Origin: Limisphaerales bacterium
Lineage (GTDB): Bacteria; Verrucomicrobiota; Verrucomicrobiia; Limisphaerales; SIBE01
Direction of reading: 5' to 3'
Assembly (NCBI GenBank): GCA_044225505.1
Contig: JBGAIN010000050.1
Location: forward strand, 1-45,424
Length of the DNA: 45,424 nt
Part shown: positions 1 to 10,313 of the stretch, one piece after another
Position numbering within the stretch: position 1 is the stretch's first letter
Layout of the letters: every line of letters starts with the position of its first letter
The notes under the pieces: generated by a model
Told to the model about the DNA's origin: nothing
Seen by the model: only the letters and a program-made list of their open reading frames with translations
Databases searched by the model: none
Translations under genes and position numbers: made by a program

Positions 1-244
1 GCCAGCAGGTAACCATGCTGGAAACCCCGGGCTGGAGCCGCGCTTTCACGTTTCCTAGGTTGGGGTGCTTAATAGAACGGGTCAAGGTCCACGGTGCTGG
101 GAAAGGCTGCCTGCCTTCCTGCGCCCGGAGAGCCAAAGCGAGTTCCGCGGTGACACCTGCCGATTCTACGGGATTCGTGGTCAGCCCTTGGAGTCCGTCA
201 CGCTCCCAAGCTGCCAGAGCCCTCTTGCGCAATTCTTCCTGCTA

Positions 245-487
245 TTACTTGGGGTTGTTGTCGGAAGCGCCGGCGAGCCCGGCGAACACTGCTCCGACGA
301 CACAAAGGGCCTCAGCGAGAACGAAAATAATCTTGAACGACGTGACAACAAGACTGCCGAAGTCCTTTCCAAAGAATAAACCAATGAGCGCAGCCAGAAT
401 AGAAAGCATAAGGGCAAGAACAAACGCCTTGGCTGTTCCCGGGATGAGAATGGCGAGGGCCCTGGCCCGATTGAATCGCATATTCAT
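245..487 (-). CDS. Small putative membrane protein (80 aa, two to three hydrophobic segments)
   Basis: ATG start and long hydrophobic stretches (AFVLALMLSILAALIGLFFG; IIFVLAEALCVVGAVFAGLAG). No family recognised. Confidence 0.35.
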   Translation of the reverse strand: MNMRFNRARALAILIPGTAKAFVLALMLSILAALIGLFFGKDFGSLVVTSFKIIFVLAEALCVVGAVFAGLAGASDNNPK

Positions 488-807
488 GGCGAGCGTAAGA
501 CAGAAGTCGTCGTTGTTCGAGCGGCATGTTCAATCTCGATCTGGGCTGGCAAATTCTGCAGGAGCGGTCAGGTCAGGCGATCGAAACGATTTCCCTCAAA
601 CTCCGGCATGCTCCGGAGCCCAGCACGTCTCCGTGAGAGGCAATCCTCATGTTGGACAATTCGGCCAACCGGACGCGCCAGCTTCGCTAACCCCCTTCGA
701 CGATCCGTCGGGGGGGACAAATGTCTCACACTCCGGAGACAATTGGCACCAACCCACGAATCGACCCAGTTCCTGTGAAGAGCGGCATGGTGCTGCTCTT
801 CATTCGG

Positions 808-890
808 TCTAAACAGCCTGCAAACAGCATGAGAACAGGATGAGAACAGCATCATGATCCTGTTCTCATAGGGTTCTCATAGGGTTCTCA
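808..890. repeat. Head-to-head array of 11-bp units (4 forward, 3 reverse) centred on TCATGA
   Basis: tctaaacagcc/tgcaaacagca/tgagaacagga/tgagaacagca + tcatga + tcctgttctca/tagggttctca/tagggttctca. The unit tcctgttctca is the exact reverse complement of tgagaacagga. Confidence 0.8.
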
Positions 891-1806
891 GTGCGGTTAG
901 CTCGAAGAAATTGCCGGATCACGGCTTGGATTTTGAGTTAGAACCGGCCAGGGCAGTTACCGGGACTGGATCCGCTTGGGCGGGATCCAGGTGGTCGGGA
1001 GGATTTACCCAATCCAGGAGCAATTTGCTCTTGCCGAGGCGAAACACCGTCGTGGTTTCTCTAAACAATTGTCGAATAGCCGGTTAACGTTGATGTCCGC
1101 AATTTGCGGAATGCTCGGGGGTAAAACCGCATTCTCGTGACGCGGTCCATTTCTCTCCGCGAATCAAGATTTCCAGTAATTTACTCACTCTTGCTTGGCG
1201 GAATGTTTCTTAGCGGCGTTATCCCCACAGCCGCTCACTGACAGCCCTGGCAAGTGCCATCCCGTCGCTCGCCTTGTGGATGTCGCGCCCAATTGTGGGA
1301 CAGATCCTGCCTCCGACTCTCGTCCGTAGCACTCCATCGCCAATGCACGACGCCATTGAACCTTGCCGCATCAGAAGCGGCGGTCCATGAAGAAATGCCG
1401 CCTGGGAATCGAGCCCAACCGAAAGGCGCAATTCGCGGGCCTTGGTGGGAACGTTTTACTGAGGAATGGCCCGTTTCCGTCAAAGGAATCGATCCAACGC
1501 ACGGCAGAAGGTTTGAAAAACTGCCGCCGGGACGTGAGCAGAAGAGGCGGCGTGGAACTGAATTCTTTCGAACGACTGGATCGGGGAAACAGTTCTCGGA
1601 TCCGCAATAAGAAGGCAGGCTTTCTAGTGGCATTAATCGTGCTGCTTCTTTTGGGATCACCCGTGCGTGAATTTGCACGCAGTGCCAGTTCCTGGGGCGC
1701 TAGTCTCGAAACACCGCGGCCTAATGATTGGTTTGGAAATGGCCGCTTCTGCGCCCACCTCTTGGGCTGCCTCAGGACAAGCATTGTCCGCTAAAATAGG
1801 TTTATC

Positions 1807-4119
1807 ATGAGGAATCGCGTCGCCAGTTCCGAGTTTTTAGGTCGAGCTTTAGTCCGAACTACGGGGTTGCCCTTCGAGGCAACGAAAGCGGCGTGGGTGC
1901 GGTTGGCCCGGGTTGTTTGGCTCGCGGGATTGATTGCCGTCCTTCCGTCATGCTTTCCATGCCGCGCCACCGACAGTGCCCATCAAGACGGCACAAGCGA
2001 CGGCGCCGTGCGCGGGGTTGTCATTAATGTCGAGATTGGCCGGCCAAGTCAAAACTGCAACGGCTTCGGAATCTGCAGCGTAACAGTGGGTCTGACCGCC
2101 GCGGATCGGACCGTGCCTACGTCTGCGACTTGGTCCAATGGCCGCCTGCAACTGAGTTTTCTATCAGAACCTGCGGACAAGACCAACGTACTGGTGATTG
2201 AGAAGGACATTGCTTTGGACAGCGCTACGTCGCGGACGTTGGGTTACGAACAAGTAATCGTGAAGGCTGGGGAATACCCCGTGGATTACTCGGGTAACCC
2301 GCATGGGCAGGTGAGTGTGAACGTGTCGGCTCGTGGGATCGTCATCACTGTTGAGTTCGGGCGGCCAAGTCGAAACTGCACAGGCTTCGGAATCTGCAAT
2401 ATCACGACTGCCGGAGCGGCAACTGATCGGGCCATTGCCACTTCAGCGGATTGGGCGGGAGGCCGTCTTCAATTGAGTTTTCTAGCTGAACCCCCCGAGA
2501 AAACCGGTGTCTTGAGCATCGAGAAGGACCTCGTCTTGGACAGCAAGATGTCGCGTGCGCTGAGCTATGAAGAAGTGACAGTCAAGGCTGGGGAATACTT
2601 AGTGGATTATTCAGTCAATCCGCACGGGGAAGTAAGTCTGGATGTGGCGGCGCGTGGAATTGTGATCAATGTGGAGATTGGTCGGCCAAGCAAGAGTTGC
2701 AGGGAGTTTGGAATTTGCAGCATCACGATTGAGACGCGTTTGAGCGACCGATCGGTGCCAACGTCCGCAGTATGGGCGGGAGACGGGTTACTGTTGAGTT
2801 TCCTGTCGGAACCGGCGGACAAGACTAACGTGCTCGTGATCGAGAAGGACCTGGCGTTGGACAGCGCCACGGCGAGAGCGCTGGGCTATGAAGCGGTGAC
2901 GGTCAAAGCGGGCGAGTATCCCGTGGATTACACGGTCAACCCGCATGGGCAAGTGAATGTGGTTGTGGCAGCGCGCGGGATCGTGGTGACGGTGGAGGTG
3001 GGACGAGCCAGCCGGGATTGCCGAGGGTTTGGGATTTGCAGCATCACCATCGGATTTCCCGCGACGGATCGGTCTGTTCAGACATCCGCAGTATGGGCGG
3101 GAGACGGGTTACTGTTGAGTTTCCTGTCTGAACCGGCGGACAAGACTAACGTGCTCGTGATCGAGAAGGACTTGGCGTTGGACAGCGCCACGTCGAGAGC
3201 GCTGGGCTACGAACAATTAACGGTCAAAGCCGGAGAGTATCCCGTGGATTACACGGTCAACCCGCATGGGCAAGTGAATGTGGTTGTGGCAGCCCGCGGG
3301 ATCGTGGTGACAGTGGAGGTCGGACGAGCCAGCCGGGATTGCCGAGGGTTTGGGATTTGCAGCATCACGATTGAGACGCGTTTGAGCGACCGATCGGTGC
3401 CAACGTCCGCAGTATGGGCGGGAGACGGGTTACTGTTGAGTTTCCTGTCTGAACCGGCCGACAAGACCAATGTGCTCGTGATCGAGAAAGACCTGGCGTT
3501 GGACAGCGTCACGTCGAGAGCGCTGGGCTACGAACAATTAACGGTCAAAGCGGGCGAGTATCCCGTGGATTACACGGTCAACCCGCATGGGCAAGTGAAT
3601 GTGGTTGTCGCAGCGCGCGGGATCGTGGTGACAGTGGAGGTCGGACGAGCCAGCCGGGATTGCCGAGGGTTTGGGATCTGCAGCATCACCATCGGATTTC
3701 CCGCGACGGATCGGTCTGTTCAGACGTCTGCAGTATGGGCGGGAGACGGGTTACTGTTGAGTTTCCTGTCGGAACCTGCGGACAAGACTAACGTGCTCGT
3801 GATTGAGAAGGACTTGGTTCTCGACGCCACCCTCTCTCGTGCTCTTGGACGCGAGCAGATAACGCTACGCGCTGGTGAATACGTCGTGGACACTTCTCTG
3901 AATTCGCATGGGCAAGTGATTCTCGAGACGGTTGTGCAGCACACAGCGATTTCGCTCGGGGCGAATGGAAGTATCAATTTGAGCTGGCCTCAGAACGGAT
4001 GGATTCTGCAAGAGTCCGACAGCATCGTCGGTCCATGGGTTAACGCTGAGAGCCAAAGCAGTCCTTTGAGCCTTACGCCTGTAGCAGGCAAAAAGTTTTA
4101 CCGCCTCATTAATCCCTGA
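1807..4119 (+). CDS. Secreted/surface protein with six tandem 107-aa GRxSxxCxGFGIC domains and a C-terminal F[YF]R tail
   Basis: 770-aa ORF with a hydrophobic signal-like segment (VVWLAGLIAVLP). Repeats start at 2011, 2332, 2653, 2974, 3295 and 3616. It ends ...WILQESDSIVGPW...KKFYRLINP. The true start may be downstream of 1807. Confidence 0.9.
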   Translation: MRNRVASSEFLGRALVRTTGLPFEATKAAWVRLARVVWLAGLIAVLPSCFPCRATDSAHQDGTSDGAVRGVVINVEIGRPSQNCNGFGICSVTVGLTAADRTVPTSATWSNGRLQLSFLSEPADKTNVLVIEKDIALDSATSRTLGYEQVIVKAGEYPVDYSGNPHGQVSVNVSARGIVITVEFGRPSRNCTGFGICNITTAGAATDRAIATSADWAGGRLQLSFLAEPPEKTGVLSIEKDLVLDSKMSRALSYEEVTVKAGEYLVDYSVNPHGEVSLDVAARGIVINVEIGRPSKSCREFGICSITIETRLSDRSVPTSAVWAGDGLLLSFLSEPADKTNVLVIEKDLALDSATARALGYEAVTVKAGEYPVDYTVNPHGQVNVVVAARGIVVTVEVGRASRDCRGFGICSITIGFPATDRSVQTSAVWAGDGLLLSFLSEPADKTNVLVIEKDLALDSATSRALGYEQLTVKAGEYPVDYTVNPHGQVNVVVAARGIVVTVEVGRASRDCRGFGICSITIETRLSDRSVPTSAVWAGDGLLLSFLSEPADKTNVLVIEKDLALDSVTSRALGYEQLTVKAGEYPVDYTVNPHGQVNVVVAARGIVVTVEVGRASRDCRGFGICSITIGFPATDRSVQTSAVWAGDGLLLSFLSEPADKTNVLVIEKDLVLDATLSRALGREQITLRAGEYVVDTSLNSHGQVILETVVQHTAISLGANGSINLSWPQNGWILQESDSIVGPWVNAESQSSPLSLTPVAGKKFYRLINP
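2011..3936 (+). repeat. Intragenic tandem repeat, 6 x 321 bp, with a 642-bp higher-order period in copies 3-6
   Basis: Copies 3 and 5 carry TIETRLSDRSVPTS; copies 4 and 6 carry TIGFPATDRSVQTS. The DNA of copies 3-6 is near-identical. Confidence 0.9.
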
Positions 4120-4294
4120 GCCAACCTCGAGTTATGATTTGCTGTCACCGGAAACCTTTCGGTGTGGCACGGCGACCGAGGTGGCCGCGCGAGAAAAGAG
4201 CGGAACCATTCACCTAACGAGACACGAATAGGGATTGCCGCACCAACTGTAAGCGGTTATTGAATGGGTGTTCCAGTTCCATAACCCATCATTC

Positions 4295-6001
4295 ATGACC
4301 GGCTTTGTTACCATAGGTCAGCCGACCCAACTCCTGATTCGGCACTTGCTTGACCGCCCCCTGGCTTGGGCGCCCGATCGAACGATCTGTTACCGCGATA
4401 CGGTCACGCTGACCTACCGCCAGTTCTATGAGCGTGTCCAGCGTCTGGCCCATCTCCTGATTCAACTTGGTGTCGGCGTCGGCGATCGTGTCGGCGTCAT
4501 GGACTTGGACAGCCACCGATATCTGGAGTTGTTTTTTGCCGTCCCGATGGTTGGCGCGGTCCTTCACACCATTAACGTTCGCCTGTCTCCACAGCAAATT
4601 CACTACACCATCCATCACGCCGAAGATCGAGTTCTATTCCTGCACACGGATTACCTTGAGTTGGCCGCACCCCTGTGGTCGCGCCTGCCGCAGTTAAAAA
4701 AGCTCGTTCTTCTCAACGACGAAGGGCCTTTGCCCGATCTGCCAAAAAACTGTGAAGGCGAATACGAAGCCCTGCTGCAGCAGGCTCCGGCCACGTTCGC
4801 ATTTCCGGACTTGAACGAGAATGCTGTCGCCACGTTGTTCTATACCACCGGCACGACGGGTGAGCCGAAAGGCGTCTTTTTCACCCACCGTCAACTGGTG
4901 CTTCACACTCTTTCTCATGGACTGGTATTAAGCGCCAGCACGCAGCCGCTCCGTCTTTCCACGGACGATGTCTACATGCCCATGACCCCGATGTTTCACG
5001 TGCATGCCTGGGGAATGCCATACTTGGCTACGCTCCTGGGCATTAAGCAGGTTTACCCGGGACGCTTCGAGCCGGAGCGCCTCCTGAAGCTGATCGCGAC
5101 GCACGGGGTAACCTTCACGCATTGCGTCCCGACGATTGTGCAGATGCTGCTGCACCATCCGACCAGCCGAGCCATCGACTTATCCCGGTGTAAACTGCTG
5201 GTGGGCGGGTCCGCGTTGCCTGAGGGGCTTGCCCAGGAAGCGCTCGATCGTGGAATCCAACTCCTCGGCGGTTACGGCATGTCGGAGACGTGCCCGATTT
5301 TGGCGCTGGCGCATCTGCAGCCGAGGATGTCGGAATGGGATTCCAATGCAAAGCGCGGAGTCTTGATTCGAACAGGGCTGCCCACGCCGATGGTTCAACT
5401 TCGGGTCGTCGACCCGGACGGGGAAGTGTTGCCGCCGGGTAAGACCAACACCGGCGAAGTCGTTGCGCAAGCGCCCTGGCTGACGCCTGGCTATTTCAAG
5501 GATGCGGAACGATCGCGCGAACTCTGGCGGGGCGGGTGGCTGCACACTGGTGATGTTGGATATATGGACGAGGACGGATACCTGCGTATCACGGATCGTT
5601 TAAAGGATGTAATCAAGATCGGTGGTGAATGGATCTCTTCTTTGGAACTGGAAAACGCGCTCAGTCAGCATCCGGCAATTAAAGAAGCGGCGGTCGTCGC
5701 ACGTCCCGATCCGCATTGGGGAGAACGTCCTTACGCTGAGGTAGTGCTCCGAGCTGAGCAGCGCGAGTCCGTAACACCGAAGGCGCTGGTCCATTTCCTC
5801 CGCCAGTTCATTGACGATGGACGGCTCCATAAGCGCGCCATTCTCATCGAGATTCGATTAGTCGACGCATTGCCAAAAACCAGCGTGGGCAAGCTTAATA
5901 AAAAGGCGATCCGCAGCCGATGGAGTCAGGGCGCGCCGGATCCAGAGGCTGATGCGAAAGGGGATGGCGTCGGACAGTCTGGTCTGGGAGCCACCCAGTG
6001 A
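4295..6001 (+). CDS. Fatty-acid--CoA ligase (AMP-forming acyl-CoA synthetase, AlkK/DmdB-like medium-chain subgroup)
   Basis: AMP-binding motif [11 protein letters not shown] plus [29 protein letters not shown] and [11 protein letters not shown] at 4295; alternative GTG at 4268. Confidence 0.93.
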   Translation: MTGFVTIGQPTQLLIRHLLDRPLAWAPDRTICYRDTVTLTYRQFYERVQRLAHLLIQLGVGVGDRVGVMDLDSHRYLELFFAVPMVGAVLHTINVRLSPQQIHYTIHHAEDRVLFLHTDYLELAAPLWSRLPQLKKLVLLNDEGPLPDLPKNCEGEYEALLQQAPATFAFPDLNENAVATLFYTTGTTGEPKGVFFTHRQLVLHTLSHGLVLSASTQPLRLSTDDVYMPMTPMFHVHAWGMPYLATLLGIKQVYPGRFEPERLLKLIATHGVTFTHCVPTIVQMLLHHPTSRAIDLSRCKLLVGGSALPEGLAQEALDRGIQLLGGYGMSETCPILALAHLQPRMSEWDSNAKRGVLIRTGLPTPMVQLRVVDPDGEVLPPGKTNTGEVVAQAPWLTPGYFKDAERSRELWRGGWLHTGDVGYMDEDGYLRITDRLKDVIKIGGEWISSLELENALSQHPAIKEAAVVARPDPHWGERPYAEVVLRAEQRESVTPKALVHFLRQFIDDGRLHKRAILIEIRLVDALPKTSVGKLNKKAIRSRWSQGAPDPEADAKGDGVGQSGLGATQ

Positions 6002-6028
6002 ACGAGCCTCTCTGGGATAGTCGACGGC

Positions 6029-6517
6029 TTACTGGGGCGCTCCAAGTGGCGCCTTGTCGAGGTCCAAATCATACTTGAAGTAGAGTGTTCCATCTTGTTT
6101 GGTCAATCGACGCTTGTCTTGCTCCGAAGCGCTAGTTAACTCCCCGAAGGTGTCGTAATTCAGTTTAGCCAAGTTCAGGACAACGCAATTGGTTTGGTTG
6201 TGTTCAACAATCAACTGCTCCTCAACTACAGGTTGATGGAGAACGTCGATCAGCGCTCTTTTCCATACGCCCTTAAACGCGAAGTAACCTTTGTCATCGG
6301 TGTGAGCCACCTCCTCGACCTTATCCTTATACCAATGACTGTGGTATCTGCGTGTGACCTTGACGCCTTCGACGGGCTTGCCGTTGGCCACCAATGTGCC
6401 CGACAACGGGGACACGAGACAACGACTCGTCGGACCGCCGCATCCCACCAAAAGCACCAAACTAAAGAAAAGAGATAGGGCTTTCATTCGCTTAGCGGCA
6501 AGTTCCGGGGCATTCAC
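6029..6517 (-). CDS. Lipoprotein, DUF6795/carboxypeptidase-regulatory-like beta-sandwich
   Basis: Lipobox LLVGC, then SPLSGTLVANGKPVEGVKVTRRY...TDDKGYFAF, a pattern typical of prealbumin-fold DUF6795-type proteins. Confidence 0.7.
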   Translation of the reverse strand: MNAPELAAKRMKALSLFFSLVLLVGCGGPTSRCLVSPLSGTLVANGKPVEGVKVTRRYHSHWYKDKVEEVAHTDDKGYFAFKGVWKRALIDVLHQPVVEEQLIVEHNQTNCVVLNLAKLNYDTFGELTSASEQDKRRLTKQDGTLYFKYDLDLDKAPLGAPQ

Positions 6518-6940
6518 AATTCAGCATGGCGCTAGGTTAATTGCTGCTTAGTCGCGGAGGGCGGTGTCGCGGAGTGTGCACTCGCGACTCGCGGAACACG
6601 TGAATGCGCGGAGTCGGTTCCTCGCATTATTGTCCATCCTTTACCCTTCGCCAGTTTATCGACCATTTCGGCCAGGCAGCGTCTTGTTTCGGCAAAACCC
6701 ACAGCATCCGGTGACTAACCAATCTTTCCACACAGGGGGCTCCAGGTCGAGGAGGAAGTTCGCGTCAAACTCAGCTTCATTCCAAATTGCGGATTTGGAC
6801 TGCGAGTGGAGTTACCTCAAGAAGGGCAGTCCAAGTTGACCATCACTCGATCACCAGGTCGAGAGCCTCATCCTAAAGTTTCTGGTAGAAAAGCCCGCCG
6901 GGATAGTGATCGAATCGTCAGCTTTGCCCAATCTCCACAT

Positions 6941-7300
6941 TCATCTTCGTGACTCGATGGTGGACAGCCAGGCGATCACGGGTTCAAGAGTTCGCAGAAA
7001 GGTGAAGGAATTCGAGCTCTTTCGAAGCGTTCGGGGTTTTCGCCATCGACAGCCGTCGTGATTTGCTCGGATGACCTCACCGGCCGTGGTCGCGCTTGGC
7101 TTCAGGGAAGCCGCATCTCCCTTGTCACCGCGCCGATAGAATTCCTTCCGGGCCGCTTTCAGCTTCCTCGTTTTGAGGGAGCGCCACGTTGCTTGTCCTT
7201 TTATAGCCGGAGGTTCGAAGAAGAACCCGCTCAGGACATGGAGCCAAATACCCTCTTCGATAGGCCGCCCCAAACCTTTAGCTCGTCGGCGTTCGGCGAT
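6941..7300 (-). pseudogene. Remnant N-terminus of a tyrosine integrase
   Basis: EGIWLHVLSGFFF...IKGQATWRSLKTRKLKAARKEF resembles the arm-binding N-terminus (SGxYY...GKxxxRSLKT...A) of verrucomicrobial integrases. No catalytic domain follows. It lies just downstream of the tRNA 3'-end copy on the same strand. Confidence 0.5.
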
Positions 7301-7372
7301 GAGGGTGTGGTCTGAGCGTTGTTATCGCTCTCGAGCTACTTTGGAAGTCTTTGACGGAGAAATTTTTGAAAT

Positions 7373-7424
7373 TGGTCGAGGCGGTGCGGTTTCGAACGCA
7401 CGACCTTCTGAACCCCATTCAGCA
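7373..7424 (-). repeat. 3' half of tRNA-Pro(GGG), att-like copy 1 (not a complete tRNA)
   Basis: Minus strand reads ctgaatGGGgttcag-aaggtc-gtgcg-ttcgaaa-c-cgcac-cgcctcg-a-CCA: anticodon arm, T arm with one extra base, 3' acceptor strand and CCA. The D arm is absent. Confidence 0.75.
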
Positions 7425-7577
7425 GAGCTCTCCACGCCTGCTTTGCCGCTGTCGCCGTCAGCAAGAGTTGCTCCCAATTCGCTCCACGATTGTCCAGAAT
7501 GCGCTCTCAGCCGGGGCGAATCCGGACCGCCACCCAGGCAATCTGATGCTCAGCAAGGCGGAACAGCCGCTGTCGTC

Positions 7578-7830
7578 ATACCGAATCGCCACGTTACGAC
7601 AGGTGCGGCACCACTTCGGCAGCGTCCGGGCCTGGGTGAAACCAGGTGAATCCGTTGAGATCAGCAAACCGGGAAAATCGTTGTGCTCCTGTCTTCGCCG
7701 CCGCGCACCCCACCGGCCAAATCGAAGAGACGCCCTGACTTTGCTGCGCGCCTCAAGCGCATATTCGGAGATCAGGTGCTGCCTGGTGACCTGGCCGTGG
7801 TAGAACGCGAATCGCGACCGCGTTATTCCT
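7578..7830 (+). pseudogene. Frameshifted Phd/YefM-family antitoxin
   Basis: One frame reads IATLRQVRHHFGSVRAWVKPGESVEISKPGK. It continues in another frame as IVVLLSSPP...RRPDFAARLKRIFGDQVL, after an apparent 1-bp loss in ggaaaatcg (~7672-7680). There is no proper start and no toxin gene downstream. Confidence 0.65.
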
Positions 7831-8210
7831 CCCCGAATCTCCAGACTGTTCGGAACTTGCAGCTCCAGACTGACGAGAAAGGGGCCGCGCAAAGTAGGCG
7901 ACGGCAGATGTGCGGGTTTGCCGGACCAGCCGTCCCTAGGATTTGATCATTCCATCGAACGCGGCATATGCTGAATTGGTTGAGGGCTCTGAGTTGTCCG
8001 CTTGCCCAGGTCGCGCGTGGGCACGGGCGGCTGCGAGTAGCTTTGATATGTCCTTAGTGGAACTTCGCTTGGCAAAGGCGCCCTGGGACCGGCTGCGCGA
8101 GCATGACGACGCTTAGGCTTTCGCGGCTCGGGCGATCCTTGGCAACTCCGGTGAGCGCCCGGGGCATTTGCTTCAACTGATATGTCGCCTGCCTGCTTGG
8201 GTGGAGACGG

Positions 8211-8282
8211 CACCTGTCTTAAGGGATAAACTGTTTTTACCTTGTATAAGGGATACTGAGGCTTTACCCTTTTTATGGGATA
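8211..8282 (+). promoter_or_regulatory. Three HipB-operator-like 18-bp boxes at a 27-bp period
   Basis: CACCT-N8-GGATA (8211-8228), TACCT-N8-GGATA (8238-8255) and TACCC-N8-GGATA (8265-8282). The E. coli HipB operator is TATCC-N8-GGATA. Confidence 0.75.
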
Positions 8283-8527
8283 TGAATGATTATCCAATCA
8301 AAACGCCGCAGCAGCTCGGGCCGGTCTTGCAAGGCTTCCGCCGGGAGCGCGGGCTGACGCAAAAGGACGTCGGGGCCAAAGTGGGGATGACTCAGAAAGC
8401 GGTTTCCAAGATCGAACTGGCTCCCGCTCAGGCGGGCCTGAGTTTGATCTTCAAGCTGTTGGCCGCCCTAGACCTAGAACTCGTGGTGCGTCCGCGAGGG
8501 AACTCGAGTCGCCGGGCTGAATGGTAG
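8282..8527 (+). CDS. hipB: HipB-like XRE/HTH antitoxin
   Basis: MNDYPIKTPQQLGPVLQGFRRERGLTQKDVGAKVGMTQKAVSKIE...LIFKLLAALDLELVV. It ends 3 bp before hipA. Confidence 0.9.
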   Translation: MNDYPIKTPQQLGPVLQGFRRERGLTQKDVGAKVGMTQKAVSKIELAPAQAGLSLIFKLLAALDLELVVRPRGNSSRRAEW

Positions 8528-8530
8528 CGT

Positions 8531-9862
8531 ATGGGACGACCGAGCAAATCCCGGGCGCTGTCCATCTGGATGAACGGGGAACGGGTGGGCGATTGGCGGC
8601 GGCCAGCCAGCGGCAGCCAGGATTTTCTGTACGCCGAACCGTGGCTCACGTCCCCGCATGCACGGCCCATCTCGCTCTCGCTGCCGCTGCGGCCGTCTCG
8701 GGAGCCGTATCGTGCTGGTGTGGAGGCGTTTTTCGATAACCTGCTGCCGGACAATCGCCAGATTCGCGAGAGGATTCAACGGCGGTTCCAGACTCCCTCG
8801 ATTGGCGCCTTTGACCTATTGCAGGAAATTGGCCGGGATTGCGTCGGTGCACTGCAACTGATGCCGGAAGGCCAACCGCCGACCAACATTCGGCAAATTA
8901 CCGCCGAACGGGTTACACCTGCCGGCGTTGCTCAATTGCTCACCCGATCTTTGGCATCGGCGTTCTCACAGGAAGAGTCCTCCGACGACCCGTTTCGGAT
9001 CTCGTTGGCGGGAGCGCAGGAGAAGACCGCGCTGCTGTTCCGAGAGGGGGTCTGGTATCGGCCTACTGGGACGACTCCCACCACGCACATCCTTAAGCTT
9101 CCTCTGGGGATGAGCCCCCAAGGTATTGACCTGTCAACCTCGGTGGAAAATGAGTGGCTTTGCTCTGAGATTGTCCGGGGGTATGGGATCAAGGTAGCCC
9201 GGTCCTGGATCGAAACCTTTGGCGAGTACAAGACGCTGGTGGTCGAACGGTTCGATCGTCGCCTGGCTGCCGATGAAAAGTGGTATATGCGGTTACCGCA
9301 GGAGGATCTTTGCCAGGCCACCGCGACGCCCCCGGGCTTGAAATACGAAAGCGATGGTGGCCCGAGCATCAGCGCCATTATGGAGCTGATGCTTGGATCC
9401 GAGCAGGCGGCCGAAGACCGGCGAGATTTCATGCGAACTCAGCTTGTCTTTTGGATGCTTGCCGCCATCGATGGCCACGCCAAGAATTTCAGCTTGTTCC
9501 TGCTTCCCGGCGGCGCCTACAGGCTCACGCCGCGCTATGATATTTTGTCAGCCTATCCCGTGCTGGGACATGGCCGAGGCAAGCTCTCACCCCACAAAAT
9601 CAAAATGGCGATGGCTGTCACGGGAAAGAACCGCCACTACCGCTGGATGGAAATCGGCTGCCGGCACTGGCTCGAGACGGCAAAACGATGCGGCTTTGGC
9701 GAGATGAAGACCGTCATCAAAGAGACAATTGGCAAAACATCGGAAGTGATTCGCCAGGCGCAAGCGGCAACACCGAAAGGGTTCCCAGAGCAGATAGGCG
9801 ACTCCGTTTTCGAAGGCCTTAAGGCCCGCGCGCAGCAACTCGCGAAAGAGCTTGAGGAATAG
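8531..9862 (+). CDS. hipA: HipA family Ser/Thr kinase toxin
   Basis: Motifs FFDNLLPD, GRDCVGA, ISLAGAQEKTAL, THILK, VERFDR, QEDLCQA, DGHAKNFS and LTPRYD. Confidence 0.96.
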   Translation: MGRPSKSRALSIWMNGERVGDWRRPASGSQDFLYAEPWLTSPHARPISLSLPLRPSREPYRAGVEAFFDNLLPDNRQIRERIQRRFQTPSIGAFDLLQEIGRDCVGALQLMPEGQPPTNIRQITAERVTPAGVAQLLTRSLASAFSQEESSDDPFRISLAGAQEKTALLFREGVWYRPTGTTPTTHILKLPLGMSPQGIDLSTSVENEWLCSEIVRGYGIKVARSWIETFGEYKTLVVERFDRRLAADEKWYMRLPQEDLCQATATPPGLKYESDGGPSISAIMELMLGSEQAAEDRRDFMRTQLVFWMLAAIDGHAKNFSLFLLPGGAYRLTPRYDILSAYPVLGHGRGKLSPHKIKMAMAVTGKNRHYRWMEIGCRHWLETAKRCGFGEMKTVIKETIGKTSEVIRQAQAATPKGFPEQIGDSVFEGLKARAQQLAKELEE

Positions 9863-9871
9863 ACAAAGAAG

Positions 9872-9920
9872 TGGCAGGGGCAGTGCCATTTGAACGCACG
9901 ACCTTCTGAACCCGATACAG
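9872..9920 (-). repeat. Degenerate tRNA-Pro 3'-end, att-like copy 2
   Basis: Shares the exact 22-mer gaacgcacgaccttctgaaccc (9892-9913) with copy 1 (7394-7415). The flanks align with mismatches and end in CCA on the minus strand. Confidence 0.7.
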
Positions 9921-10313
9921 GACATCAGATCCCTTCCTCATTGATCGGTCGCTAGCACAAAACCGTTCGGTGCCGTCCTGCTCCGGTCGTCGATACCCGA
10001 TGCGCAATGGCTGCCCACTGTGAGAGGGAGGATGGAAGCGGCATTAGCGGCGCGCGTGATTCCGTTCTCCAAAGTCTGACGCCCGGTAATGCCGTCGCGG
10101 TGACATCGGGTTTTCGTTAGCGATCGGCACGTGGCATTGGCTCTGCGTGCGGTGATCGATGGCGATTCCGGGGCTATTTTCGTAAACGGGGATTCGGCTT
10201 CCCAAGTGAATCCATTTTCAACGCTGCCGTGACGACGCTTACGACGAACCTCATTCGCCCGCCGAGCAATCCGGTGAGCAGCACGTGCGGGGATTGAGTG
10301 GCGTGAATGTTCA

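Noticed and set aside
808..890. CRISPR array
   Set aside because: The units are 11 bp, contiguous and partly inverted, with no spacers and no cas genes.
966..990. Hairpin ctggatcc...ggatccag as a terminator or ncRNA
   Set aside because: There is no U-tract, no clear upstream gene and no recognisable RNA family.
15..1794. Long ORFs 15-812, 1235-1678, 1254-1610, 1363-1794 and 1371-1784
   Set aside because: They have the Arg/Ser/Pro-rich composition of non-coding frames in GC-rich DNA and no recognisable motifs.
2011..3936. DGR template/variable repeat pair or CRISPR
   Set aside because: The repeats are in-frame 321-bp coding units, the differences are not obviously adenine-specific, and there is no reverse transcriptase in the window.
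7373..7445. Complete tRNA-Pro gene
   Set aside because: There is no D arm or properly spaced 5' acceptor strand, and the T arm has an extra base. Treated as an att-like fragment.
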